Below, one piece after another: positions 48,250-58,370 of a stretch of 64,000 nucleotides of DNA. Every line of letters begins with the position of its first letter. Within the stretch, counting starts at the first letter, position 1. Source of the stretch: Candidatus Binatia bacterium (GTDB lineage Bacteria; Desulfobacterota; Binatia; Bin18); the NCBI GenBank assembly GCA_963666315.2, contig CAXXHG010000005.1:36287-100286 (forward strand), read 5' to 3'. The notes beneath the pieces are model-generated. The model did no database searches and was not told the origin of the DNA. It saw nothing but the letters and a program-made list of their open reading frames with translations. The position numbers were made by a program, and so were the translations under genes.

Positions 48250-49112
48250 GAACCTGTTCAGGATCTTTTGAGCAGGAGGACGGTAAAAGCAAGCACGACC
48301 ATTTGCAGACTGGTGTTCAAGTGCCTCTCGCAGTTCTTCCACAAGCGCCGGCATTTCTCCAGCCACGCGAAACTCCGCTCCACGACCCACCGTTTCGGGA
48401 TAACCGTGAAGCGATGCAAGTCGCTCCGTTTGGCTACTTCGACCCTGGCCCCTAGCGCCGTCTGGACGGCCTGGGCAAACTGCTCGCCGCTATAGCCCCC
48501 ATCCACCAGCAAGGTCTCAACCTGAGAGAGGGCAGACTCGTGGAGCGCAAAGGCTGCCAACGCCCCAGCTCGGTCCGTGACATTGGCGGTCGTCACATGG
48601 AGCGCATGCGGTAATCCCTGCGTATCTACGGCCAGATGCCGCTTGATCCCCGACACTTTCTTGCCCGCGTCATACCCTTTGTGTTTCGCGGTATCCGTGT
48701 TCTTCACGCTCTGGGCATCTACGATACAAAAGCTCGTCTTCTCTTTCCGCCCAGCTTGTATGCGGGCCGCCCCGATGAATTTTTTTTAAGCAGTCCTCTA
48801 GCAGGCTGGCCCGCGACTCGACACGTTGCTCACTCCAGATGCGAAAATATTCATGGCAGGTCCGCCACTTCGGGAAATCCGCAGGGAGCATCCGCCACCG
48901 ACACCCACTCCTCAACACATAGAGGACACCACAGAAGACATCGTACAAATCGACTCTCCGGGGTTTTGTCTTCTTGCGCGCCGACTCCAGGAGCGGCCGA
49001 ATGCGCGCGAACTGCTCGCGCGTGATATCACTCGGGTACCTATGGCTCATGATCCCCCCTCCTCAACACGGACAGCGTAACAGATCCGTCAGGATTAATC
49101 TTGAACAGGTTC
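48250..49112 (-). mobile_element. IS5-family element, copy 2 (transposase 48258..49050)
   Basis: Same TIRs, TAA flanks and ORF translations as copy 1. Confidence 0.95.
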
Positions 49113-49115
49113 TAA

Positions 49116-49724
49116 GGCGCTGCGCAGAATAGGGTTCTGCGGCAGCTTGGACCCATCATGATAGACCGACACTTTTACTTAGGTGGCGGGACGGCGATTG
49201 CTCTCTATTTTGGCCACCGCCGTTCAGTAGACTTTGACTGGTTTACTGGAGACAGGATGGCTGATCCTTTGCGCTTAGCACAGGACATCCGAGATGAAGG
49301 AATTCGTCTTGTATTGGATCAAATGGAGCGGGGTACGCTGTACGGGACAATATCTCGGGTGCGCGTCAGCTTCCTGGAGTACCGCTACGCATTGCTGAAA
49401 GAGCCAAATCGCTGGTCGGAGTTTGGAAGTCTTCTTGCCTCATTAGACGACTTGGTGTGTATGAAACTTTCGGCTATTGCCCAACGGGGGTCTAAAAAAG
49501 ATTTTATCGACATTTATATACTAGCCCAAAGGTATTCCTCACTTTCTGAGATGCTTCGTCTGTACCAGCAAAAATACTCCATTCAGGACATCGGCCACCT
49601 GCTGTACAGTCTCGTATACTTTGATGACGCGGATCGGGAGCGGATGCCTATAATGCTTTGGGATACTGACTGGCGATCTATCAAGAAAGCCCTTCTGAGC
49701 TGGGTACAACAGATAGCGGGGTAG
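49116..49724 (+). pseudogene. AbiEii/AbiGii nucleotidyltransferase toxin, 3' part
   Basis: FYLGGGTAIAL.FGHRRSVDFDWF, MKL.AI.QRG.KKDFIDIY, SLVYFDDAD. Confidence 0.88.
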
Positions 49725-49737
49725 AACGTGGAGAATC

Positions 49738-50301
49738 ATGATGAGCGTGACTGCCGTTACCCTTTACTTAGTCCGCCACGGCCAATCCAGCGCTGGCTTC
49801 GATCAAGCCTATGATCCTGGGCTTGATTCAGTCGGGCTCGTACAAGCTGAAGTCATTGCCAAAGAACTCGAATCGATAGGTCCATTGCCCGTCGTCAGTA
49901 GCCCCCTCCGACGGACGCGAGAGACCGCTGCGGCGTTCGAAAAACGCTGGAATGTGCAAGCCACGGTTGAGCCGGCTGTTGCGGAGATACCCTCGCCGAC
50001 CGAAGACCTTCAGGCTCGCGCGGCCTGGCTGAGACGAGCCATGCAGGGCTATTGGGCGGATCTCCCCCCCGCTTACCAACACTGGCGGGATCAGGTGATT
50101 GTTGCGCTGCTAGCAACGAAAAAAACAACAATCGTGGCAACGCATTTTATTGCGATTAATGCCGCTGTCGGTTTTGCCACACAGGATGATAGGCTCGTCT
50201 GCTTTGAACCCGACAACTGCTCCTGCACGCGCATGGAAGTGGAGGATGGCACGCTCCGCCTTGTCGAACTGGGTCGTCGGAGAGAGACACGCGTTCTCTG
50301 A
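49738..50301 (+). CDS. Histidine phosphatase family protein
   Basis: LVRHG, SSPLRRTRETA, THF..IN. Confidence 0.9.
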   Translation: MMSVTAVTLYLVRHGQSSAGFDQAYDPGLDSVGLVQAEVIAKELESIGPLPVVSSPLRRTRETAAAFEKRWNVQATVEPAVAEIPSPTEDLQARAAWLRRAMQGYWADLPPAYQHWRDQVIVALLATKKTTIVATHFIAINAAVGFATQDDRLVCFEPDNCSCTRMEVEDGTLRLVELGRRRETRVL

Positions 50302-50432
50302 CGGGAGACGCGCGTTCTCTGCGTGGGTAGAATTACGGTCTTGCGTTGTGCCTGCGGGAGTGTTTGAAAAGGGGCACAATTCTTGAGAGCCTCCGGTGCG
50401 AGTATTTTGTGCGAGGACCTGGGAGAGACAGT

Positions 50433-51524
50433 ATGACACCATCCGAATCCGACATGATGATGACGCCGCGCACGTCTTTGACTATGGAGACTGCGCCAGT
50501 CCTTGACCAACATCGTTTCGACGAGGCTGCACTTGAACGCTATATGGAGCAGTACGTTGAAGGCTTTACTCCTGCACTGAGGGTCGGCCAGGTCCGGGGC
50601 GGGATGTCGAATCCGACTTTTGTGTTGACCGATGGTGCAGGCAAACGCTACGTCCTGCGCAAAAAGCCGCCGGGCAAACTCCTCCCGTCGGCACATGCTG
50701 TGGACCGTGAGTTCCGCGTGATCTCTGCCTTGTGGGAGACTGAGGTACCGGTCGCAAAACCCTACGTTCTTTGCCAGGACCCAAGCATCATGGGCGTGGA
50801 TTTCTATATTATGGATTTCGTTGATGGCCGAGTCTTTCGCGGCTATGAGTTGCCCGAGTTGGAACCGGCACAGCGGCGTGCCATTTATGCGGCCATGGTG
50901 GACCTGATGGCAAAACTCCATCAGGTGGATTTCCGGGCTGTGGGCTTGGAAAATTATGGGAAGGTCGGGGGCTATATGGAGCGCCAAGTACGGCGCTGGT
51001 CTAAACAGTACGAAGCCAGCAAAACCGACGAACTACCCGCTATGGACAATCTGATGGCCTGGCTGCCTGAGCATCTGCCCGCTCACCATGACACGACCAT
51101 TGCGCACGGAGATTTTCGTCTGGAAAACATGATTTTCCATCACACTGAGCCTCGGGTATTGGCGGTGGTGGACTGGGAGCTGAGCACCCTGGGCGCTCCA
51201 TTATCCGATCTGGCCTATAACTGTCTGCCGTACTACGTGCCGGACGATATGCGCGGCGATCTGGCGGGGATAGACTACGCTCAGTATGGCATCCCCTCTG
51301 AAGAGGACTATGTCGCGCAGTACTGTAAGAAGACGGGCCGGGAAGATATTCCGGAATGGAAATTCTACGTCGTCTTTTCCCTCTTTCGACTGGCTGCCAT
51401 TGTGCAAGGTGTGTATAAACGCGGCCTCGAAGGCAACGCCAGCTCACCTGAAGCCATCACGCGGGGCGAGAAGTGCAAACAACTGTGTGTTGCCGGGTGG
51501 GATCTTGTTGCGCAGGGGATGTAA
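50433..51524 (+). CDS. APH-type phosphotransferase (ACAD10/11 N-terminal-like)
   Basis: GGMSNPT, LRKKPPG.LLPSAHAVDRE, HGDFRLEN, DWELSTLG. Confidence 0.92.
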   Translation: MTPSESDMMMTPRTSLTMETAPVLDQHRFDEAALERYMEQYVEGFTPALRVGQVRGGMSNPTFVLTDGAGKRYVLRKKPPGKLLPSAHAVDREFRVISALWETEVPVAKPYVLCQDPSIMGVDFYIMDFVDGRVFRGYELPELEPAQRRAIYAAMVDLMAKLHQVDFRAVGLENYGKVGGYMERQVRRWSKQYEASKTDELPAMDNLMAWLPEHLPAHHDTTIAHGDFRLENMIFHHTEPRVLAVVDWELSTLGAPLSDLAYNCLPYYVPDDMRGDLAGIDYAQYGIPSEEDYVAQYCKKTGREDIPEWKFYVVFSLFRLAAIVQGVYKRGLEGNASSPEAITRGEKCKQLCVAGWDLVAQGM

Positions 51525-51537
51525 ACGACTGTCGCAT

Positions 51538-52971
51538 TCATTTCAGCCGAGAAACGGTGACCACTGGAGGCGAGAGAAAAAAGGCGGCGGCTGACTGAAT
51601 ATCTTCCGAGTCGGTTGTATTCAGGTGTACGCCAAAGATAGACATTCGGTAGGTCCCGGCATCTAGTCGGGACAACTTGGAGAAATGAAAGCCAAACGCA
51701 GGCTGTCCGCCGACAGGCTGCGTTTTATTCTCAAAATAGACGCGCTGATCAAGTTGCCGGAGCTTTCCTTCAAGGCGGGTGATGAGTAGCAGCGTTTTCC
51801 CGGTCGGCAGGAGTAGCGCCGCCCAACGTGCGGGCTGTTGAGTCAACGCTCTCTGGGTTTGAGTCCTGCGGCCGTTTCCAGGTTGGTTGGAAGCGCTGCT
51901 CGCGAGCAATACATGCGCTGCGCTGAAATTGAGGAAATCGAAATAGACGCTCAGCTCTCCGTCGGCCAATACAAAGCGAGGCGGGATCTTGAGTTTGACT
52001 AACGCCGTGCCCTCAACGCAGTCAGGATAAAAAATGAGATCAATGCGGCCGGTGGCCCGGAGTCCAAAAGGCAAGGGAAACCAATACCGTGCCGTGCGGA
52101 TGATGCGTACCGGCCCCTGTCGATAGCCGTACAGGCGTGACTGCAGGTCTTGATCTGTTCGGCGAACTCTGAGTAGTCCACTCAGGAAACGAATCTCGCC
52201 TGCAATGCGACTACCGGTAATCGTGGCTGGACCGAAGTCGACAAGAGCGCTGACAAAGGCCAGATGCGCGGGCAAGGGAGCGCCAAACTCAAGAGTATAA
52301 CGTTCGGTACAGACGCGGTCCTGATCGGGCATGTAACGAACACGGGGTGGAGCGTCTGAGCGAGCAAGGGGTCCCCCAAGCCCGATATACACAAAGCCGA
52401 ATGGGCTAGTCGGAGGACCACGACGGATCTCGTGCCACACGCTGGGTGCCTGAGGGAATGTATCAATGGCTGTCTGGCCCCCGAGGTCTCGGCTGAGGAA
52501 AATGAGGACATCGTTTGCGTCAAAGATATCGGGCTTATTATCGCGACTGGGACGTGGCCCGGCAGTGATGACCCAGCGGCCCCGCCGGTCACGCTCGTCA
52601 ATTTGAAAAGGGATCGGGGTGAGGGTGTTAGAACGGCAGGCAAAGACCTGAATTGCTGCGAGTGGTTGTCCGTGTAGAAAGGGAATCTCTCTGCCCTCAA
52701 GGAGGATAGCTCCAGGCAAAGAGCGTGGGATACTTGAGCCCAGGCTGCTCGCCGCTGTGACAACTCTCGGGAGGACGGTGAGGACAAACAGCATGCCCAT
52801 TATGCTCATCCTGCTCACTTGGCATAGGCGAAGAAGAGGACGAATAGTTCCCTGGTTGAGAGCGTGCCGCATGGGGGTGAGGCTAGTCTTTAAACTGGAC
52901 GGTTTCCCTGAGTAGCGCTGTCCCCAGGCGCGGTAACAGCGCCCCTCCAATATTCTTTGCATTCTCTGCAT
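51538..52971 (-). CDS. Hypothetical secreted protein (true start probably downstream of the ORF start)
   Basis: Long ORF, PIPFQIDERD motif, co-oriented after the YdbL-like gene. Confidence 0.6.
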   Translation of the reverse strand: MQRMQRILEGRCYRAWGQRYSGKPSSLKTSLTPMRHALNQGTIRPLLRLCQVSRMSIMGMLFVLTVLPRVVTAASSLGSSIPRSLPGAILLEGREIPFLHGQPLAAIQVFACRSNTLTPIPFQIDERDRRGRWVITAGPRPSRDNKPDIFDANDVLIFLSRDLGGQTAIDTFPQAPSVWHEIRRGPPTSPFGFVYIGLGGPLARSDAPPRVRYMPDQDRVCTERYTLEFGAPLPAHLAFVSALVDFGPATITGSRIAGEIRFLSGLLRVRRTDQDLQSRLYGYRQGPVRIIRTARYWFPLPFGLRATGRIDLIFYPDCVEGTALVKLKIPPRFVLADGELSVYFDFLNFSAAHVLLASSASNQPGNGRRTQTQRALTQQPARWAALLLPTGKTLLLITRLEGKLRQLDQRVYFENKTQPVGGQPAFGFHFSKLSRLDAGTYRMSIFGVHLNTTDSEDIQSAAAFFLSPPVVTVSRLK

Positions 52972-52993
52972 TCTCTAATCGTGCAGAAAGACT

Positions 52994-53650
52994 TTATTCC
53001 TTTTGCTGCCAGGCTTGGTCGGTTTTCTGATACCACCAACCCGGTTGCGCATTCGCGATCCAGCGCCGAGCGAATGTTGATCGGATGCCGGCCTCCCATT
53101 CCGGGTGTTTATTCGCTTTGGCGATCTCGTGATACAGGGCGTTTCGGTCTGTGTTTTCATCGCTGACCAGTTTTTTGACGCGGTTACGGTCTTTCAGTGG
53201 AAGGAGCTTGGCATCGCGAATCGAGACGAGAGCGGTTGCCGTCGGTCCAACCGCTCCACTTGTGTAATAGGGCGCCAGTTGCGCATGCCGGGCTTTCATA
53301 GAGGCTGTGAGTGTATTAATTGCTGGAGTCGAAACGGTGAGATCGGCTTGGGCATAGGCTGGAGTCACAAGGAAGAGGTGTGACAGGGCCTGGCTGCCGA
53401 CTTGGCTGATCCCTCGGCTAACGACCCGGCTGACTGTATTATTCGTAAATGCGGATTGTGACTGTTCCTCGCCTGAGGACGTTTGCGGAGGTCTTTGTGC
53501 CGGGCGTTGGGGCACATCCCATACTTCACGGATGATCCGATCAGCCGCCTTCTCTACCGCTGCGGCAGGGAAATAGACGTTAATCGTCACGCATGCGCCT
53601 ATGCTGCAGACTGGTATGAGTGCGAGGGCTCGTGTCCGCTTGCTCGTCAT
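52994..53650 (-). CDS. YdbL (DUF1318)-family lipoprotein with YnbE-like N-terminus
   Basis: GACVTINVYFPAAA.EKAAD; EN.DR.ALY.EIA; A.PGWWYQ...W..K. Confidence 0.8.
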   Translation of the reverse strand: MTSKRTRALALIPVCSIGACVTINVYFPAAAVEKAADRIIREVWDVPQRPAQRPPQTSSGEEQSQSAFTNNTVSRVVSRGISQVGSQALSHLFLVTPAYAQADLTVSTPAINTLTASMKARHAQLAPYYTSGAVGPTATALVSIRDAKLLPLKDRNRVKKLVSDENTDRNALYHEIAKANKHPEWEAGIRSTFARRWIANAQPGWWYQKTDQAWQQKE

Positions 53651-53663
53651 GTTTTCTCCTTTT

Positions 53664-55868
53664 TTAACGAATTTCCGGCGTACCACTGATGAGTGCAAGT
53701 TGTAAGCGTGCTAAGAGCTCAGCCCACGCAACACGACGCACCCGGCCAATCACATTGATACGCGGCGGAAGACCGCCCCCTTTGACGATATAGTATCCGT
53801 CGTCCACTGACTCAACGCCGTCCATTTCACACACATTCCGCTCAAGGCGACAACTGAGCCCGAGTCGCGTATATGAAAAATCGTCGAAGAAACGCAATAC
53901 ACTGCGGGACAGCACTCCGCTGATCCCGCCTAAACTCGCCAGATTATCGACGGCCTTTCGACTGATTCGGTGTGACGCATCATCTTCTTTTGGGGTCGCA
54001 AAACTTGCCTCAAAGGAAACCGGCTGCCAGTCTTGCAACGAAAGTTGACGAACTTGCCCGCTCAGTCTGCCTTGGACCCGGCCAAAAGCAAAGGTCTCCG
54101 TTAGCTTTTCCAAGTCGAGTTCGCTCACCTCAATATTCGCGTATAACAGCGGAATACGGCTCAACGGCTGTTCCAGCCGAAGATCTCGTATGGAGATAGC
54201 CCCATCAAAGACGCGTATGTTGATATCGCCGTCAACCTGAACGATCCCCGCACGATACGTCACGCGGGGCGTGGCCCCGGATAGCGTACCCGACAGCGCT
54301 GGCCAACCTACGGCTTGACTAAAAGCTCGTAAGGAAAGCTGTCTGAGGCTGCCTTTAAATTGCCATCCCATTTCCGGGCTACCCAGTGACTCAAGATGAA
54401 AGTGGCCGATCTGTACGGTACCATCGAGAACCGGCACGCTCGTCGGTGTGAGCAGCGCAAGGCGGCGTCCTTGAGCAGATACTGTGAGCGTACTTTCCTC
54501 AAAGGGAATTTGGTAAATCTGTCCACCTTGCCAGGTGAGCCGTGAGGTATGAGCCGGTTCGTGAGGGCTGGTCCAGACCAGTGTTCCGTTCAGCCCTTCA
54601 AGGGCATAGCGGTCTTGCTGGTCACGCAGGCTTACTTGCTCCAGTGCGATCTCAGCCGATGCATGCTCCTCGCCCTGATTCTCGCGTTGATAGGCGAGTG
54701 TCAAGCTGAGCTGCCCGGCTGTGTCCAGCGTGTCGAGTTTTGTTCCAATCAGAAAGGGCTGGAGATAGGTTTGGTATACGCTGTCGAGTGCGGTTTTGTT
54801 GAGGTGCAGAGTGGCACTGTGCAGTGGTAGCTGGGCTGGATTTTCGAGTAGTACAAAAAAGTCTTGCGGCGGCTGCCAGACTGACAGGGCCTGAAGGTCT
54901 GGGTGGATATGGCCTGTCAGCTTCAGAACTCCTGGGTGAGTAAAGGCGAATTTCGATATGTGCAGATTCGGCGGATTCGACTGCCAGCTTATCTCATTCA
55001 CAAGGGTGACGGGTTGCTGTGAGACCTCAAAAAAAACGGGATCAATATAGATTTGTCCCTGTCGCAAGGCGATATGTGTACGTATTTTTAAACCGGCCTG
55101 CAAACCAACCTGCAAGCTGACGGGTGATGTCTGTGTTTGCGTTACCTGGATCGAAAAGTGGGCTCTCAGTTGCTCACCTGCGTAGACGCCTTGCGCATCG
55201 CTAAAGGTGAGATCGAAAAGATCTCCATTCAGGGCAGCCTGTATGAGTCGTCCTTCATGTCCGGACATGCGCAGGCGGGCGTTTAGAGTGCCCCAACTCT
55301 CAAAATTGGTGAAATTCACGAGCCAGCCGAATTGGTCTTTGAACGTTTGTATAAGTTGCCCTGTGAGCTGGCCAATCTCAAGCTGTGTCGCGGTGAGGGT
55401 AAGTTGCCACTGTCCCTGGTCTAACCGGCCTTCTACTGCAATGCGCCCAGCCGCCAGAGGAAGCTGGGGAAGCGAGAAGCGCAGACGTCCGAGATGATGC
55501 TCATAGGTAAAGGAGAATGGTGTTGGTTGTTGGTCGAATAGGGGCAAACCGAGTTGTAGGCTGCCACGGGAACAGCCGAGCTCTTTACTGGAAAAAACAA
55601 CGTGCGAGCAGGCGACTGCAAGATTTGTCAAACGACCTAGTGGTGCTGGCAGTGTCAGGTGCGCAATAGTGAGCTGCAGACCTGCTGCGCTGGCTGACAG
55701 CAGTGCAAGTTCAAGCTGCAAGTTTTTAATTGACCAGCCTTCTCCAACAACGCTGTCCAGCTGGAGCTGGACCACACGACTGGCACCAGCCGAGCCGGGG
55801 ATCTGCACGGCCAATACGAAGACGAAGACGATGACCAACCCCTGGCGGGTACGATCCCATACGGACAT
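53664..55868 (-). CDS. YdbH/AsmA-like intermembrane beta-groove protein
   Basis: Long amphipathic beta repeats; ISRKAVDNL.S.GG and IVKGGGLP.RINVIG; upstream of YdbL. Confidence 0.7.
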   Translation of the reverse strand: MSVWDRTRQGLVIVFVFVLAVQIPGSAGASRVVQLQLDSVVGEGWSIKNLQLELALLSASAAGLQLTIAHLTLPAPLGRLTNLAVACSHVVFSSKELGCSRGSLQLGLPLFDQQPTPFSFTYEHHLGRLRFSLPQLPLAAGRIAVEGRLDQGQWQLTLTATQLEIGQLTGQLIQTFKDQFGWLVNFTNFESWGTLNARLRMSGHEGRLIQAALNGDLFDLTFSDAQGVYAGEQLRAHFSIQVTQTQTSPVSLQVGLQAGLKIRTHIALRQGQIYIDPVFFEVSQQPVTLVNEISWQSNPPNLHISKFAFTHPGVLKLTGHIHPDLQALSVWQPPQDFFVLLENPAQLPLHSATLHLNKTALDSVYQTYLQPFLIGTKLDTLDTAGQLSLTLAYQRENQGEEHASAEIALEQVSLRDQQDRYALEGLNGTLVWTSPHEPAHTSRLTWQGGQIYQIPFEESTLTVSAQGRRLALLTPTSVPVLDGTVQIGHFHLESLGSPEMGWQFKGSLRQLSLRAFSQAVGWPALSGTLSGATPRVTYRAGIVQVDGDINIRVFDGAISIRDLRLEQPLSRIPLLYANIEVSELDLEKLTETFAFGRVQGRLSGQVRQLSLQDWQPVSFEASFATPKEDDASHRISRKAVDNLASLGGISGVLSRSVLRFFDDFSYTRLGLSCRLERNVCEMDGVESVDDGYYIVKGGGLPPRINVIGRVRRVAWAELLARLQLALISGTPEIR

Positions 55869-56140
55869 GCGGAGCAGTGTAGCATGTCTTTTGGGTCTTT
55901 TTGCTGCTGATGGTAGAGCTGCCCGATTGCAGACATATAGTCAGGCAGCGTATGGTGCGAGAATGTAAGGAGTTTTTGCAGCGGTGGGCACGCCTGCCCG
56001 TTTTGGCTGTTCTGCATGGGAAACGGCCTTGTCTTTGTTCGCCCTGACTAGCCAAAAAACACTGATTTTTCAGAGAAGTAGCGGTTGTTGCGACGCTACC
56101 CTCAGCTTGGCCTTTCCTTTGCAATGTTCGTCCTGCACCG

Positions 56141-56620
56141 GTGCGTGCCTTGCTCGGCGAGGTAATCCGAGGGCTCGGGTATGGATTTCTGGCTTCCCTC
56201 ATTGCAGCTTTATATATTTTCTCGTTTCCGAAAGTCTTGACCAGCCTATTGGGGGTCGTCGTCTTTGGCGCCGTTCACCAAGCTGACTACGCGCACGCCT
56301 GTCCTGCTGAGACGGAGTTGGTGGTTGAGCAGATCCCCAACGGGGGACATTTTTATTACTGCGAGCGCGTTGAATCTGACGGCAATCGGATCAAGCACGG
56401 GCTATGGGTATACTGGGGTAAATTCGGCGTCAAACTGCGTCAAGGGCAGTTTGAGAATGGGAAAAAGATGGGCTTCTGGTACGCCTGGAAAGGAGTGGAT
56501 CGCGAAAATTACCGGGTTGACGAATACCGAGACGACGAACTCCTTCTTATCCGGCAGTATCATTTGGGCAAACGGGTGCGTGTATTCACTCTCCACAAGG
56601 GAAGACTGCTTGTGCTTTGA
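56141..56620 (+). CDS. MORN-variant/YwqK-like exported protein
   Basis: KHGLW..W...G.K...GQFENGKK.G.W repeat. Confidence 0.5.
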   Translation: MRALLGEVIRGLGYGFLASLIAALYIFSFPKVLTSLLGVVVFGAVHQADYAHACPAETELVVEQIPNGGHFYYCERVESDGNRIKHGLWVYWGKFGVKLRQGQFENGKKMGFWYAWKGVDRENYRVDEYRDDELLLIRQYHLGKRVRVFTLHKGRLLVL

Positions 56621-56726
56621 CGGGCAAGAGGGCGGTCTGTCCTGCTTGCCTGCCATAGAGATTTGAAAATTCGAATACAGATTTGCGAAAATGCAGGGAC
56701 AGTGCTGAACTGCCCCTGCGAGTAGA

Positions 56727-58202
56727 TTACTTTCCGCTTGCCAGTTTCCACTCCCCGTCAATTTCCGCAGCGACGGCACTGATGGCATTCCGGAGTGTTG
56801 TGATCATTTCATCGATCTGCTTTTTGGTAATAATCAGGGGAGGGCACAGGGCTATATTATTCGCCCCTGCTACACGGGTGATCAGGCCGTTGTCGAGCGC
56901 TTCTTCCCACACCCTCTGCGCGAGGCGCAGGTTGGCGGGAAACATTTCTTTGGTCGTTTTATCTTTGACCAACTCGATCGCGGCGAGCAGACCCTTACTG
57001 CGCGTATCACCGACAATCGGCAGGTCGTGCAAGGACGCTAATTTCTTTTCAAGATAGCGACCTTGTTCTCGTGCTTTTTGGACTAACTTCTCGCGTTCGA
57101 TAATCTCGAGATTCGCCAGCCCAGCAGCGCAGACGGTTGGATGGCCGGTATAGGTATAGCCATGCCAAAAGACATAGTCGTCGCCGGTGTCTAAAAAGGT
57201 CTGGAATATTTCTTCCTTAAAAAGCATCAGCCCGAGCGGCAAATAGCCACTGGTCACACCTTTGGCCGACACCAAGATATCCGGAGTCACACCAGCGCCG
57301 GTAGAGGCGAACATTGCACCCGTGCGACCAAAACCCGTAATCACCTCATCGCACACCATCAGAATATTATGGCGCGAACAAATTTCACGGATCTTCGGCA
57401 GCCATTCTTTTGGCGGCACAATCACGCCGCCCACGCCTTGAATCGGCTCAGTCACAAACGCGCCTATAGTGTCTGCCCCTTCGCGTTTGATCATCCGCTC
57501 GAGTTCCTGCGCACAGTCTATTTTGCAACTCGGATAGGTCTTGCCGAGCTCACACCGATAGCAATACGGACGCGCCATATGCAGCACGCCGGGTAGACCG
57601 GGTGAGACCTGGTCATTAAACAACGCAATCCCGTCCAAAGCCGCGGCTCCGCTTGAGGTGCCGTGATACGCCTCGTTGAGGGTGATGAACTTGGTCTTCT
57701 TGGGCTTGCCTTTGGCTTTCCAGTACGCACGTACCAGGCGGATCATGCTTTCGTTGGCCTCAGAGCCGCCTGAGGTGAAGACCACACGCGTGAGGCCCTT
57801 GGGCGCAATCTTGGTGAGCTTAGTTGCAAGCTGTACCGTAGGCACGCCCGTCGGGCCAATCAGGGTTGGGGCGAAGGCGAGTTGGTTCATCTGGGCAGTG
57901 ACCGCACGGTTGATTTCCTTGCGCCCGTGTCCGACGTGGACGTTCCACAAGGAAGATAGCCCGTCGAGATACTTTCGGCCCTCCGTGTCCCACAAATAGA
58001 TGCCCTGGCCTTTGACAAAAATAGGTATGCCTTTGTCTTGCTGCAGGTACAGCGGAACAAATCCATGCACGAGATGATCCGCGTCCTGTTTGTGCAAGGC
58101 TTTTGCCTGACGCGAGTCGAGGCCAGGTCGTGCAGTCTTACTCCGCGGACGTAGCGGGCGTAATGGAACGATTTTTGCCCGGGCTTTCGTTTTCTGTGCC
58201 AT
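56727..58202 (-). CDS. Class III aminotransferase
   Basis: GGSEANE, YHG, EPIQG.GG, DEVITGFGRTG, SAKG.TSGY.P, HGYTY.GHP. Confidence 0.95.
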   Translation of the reverse strand: MAQKTKARAKIVPLRPLRPRSKTARPGLDSRQAKALHKQDADHLVHGFVPLYLQQDKGIPIFVKGQGIYLWDTEGRKYLDGLSSLWNVHVGHGRKEINRAVTAQMNQLAFAPTLIGPTGVPTVQLATKLTKIAPKGLTRVVFTSGGSEANESMIRLVRAYWKAKGKPKKTKFITLNEAYHGTSSGAAALDGIALFNDQVSPGLPGVLHMARPYCYRCELGKTYPSCKIDCAQELERMIKREGADTIGAFVTEPIQGVGGVIVPPKEWLPKIREICSRHNILMVCDEVITGFGRTGAMFASTGAGVTPDILVSAKGVTSGYLPLGLMLFKEEIFQTFLDTGDDYVFWHGYTYTGHPTVCAAGLANLEIIEREKLVQKAREQGRYLEKKLASLHDLPIVGDTRSKGLLAAIELVKDKTTKEMFPANLRLAQRVWEEALDNGLITRVAGANNIALCPPLIITKKQIDEMITTLRNAISAVAAEIDGEWKLASGK

Positions 58203-58370
58203 GCGCGTACCTCTCCGTGCTGTGCGTGAACGGTTCCTTCTATGGAGTTTCTTCTTGGCCGTTCCCTGTTGCGGCGTAGGGTGAACAGGATCATATACGA
58301 GTCACACAAAAAATCCCAGGCTAACGCGGGCGGAACGGAATGCAAAAGATGGTGGGTATAAGGAGGAGTC

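Larger units (their letters stand above)
7295..49112. mobile_element. IS5-bounded composite transposon / cointegrate island (~41.8 kb)
   Basis: Apparently identical IS copies in direct orientation (offset 40955); the outer flanks reconstitute one gene. Confidence 0.75.

Noticed and set aside
50283-50320. 17-bp near-direct repeat at the end of the phosphatase gene
   Set aside because: Two copies only; looks like a local duplication with no sign of an inserted element.
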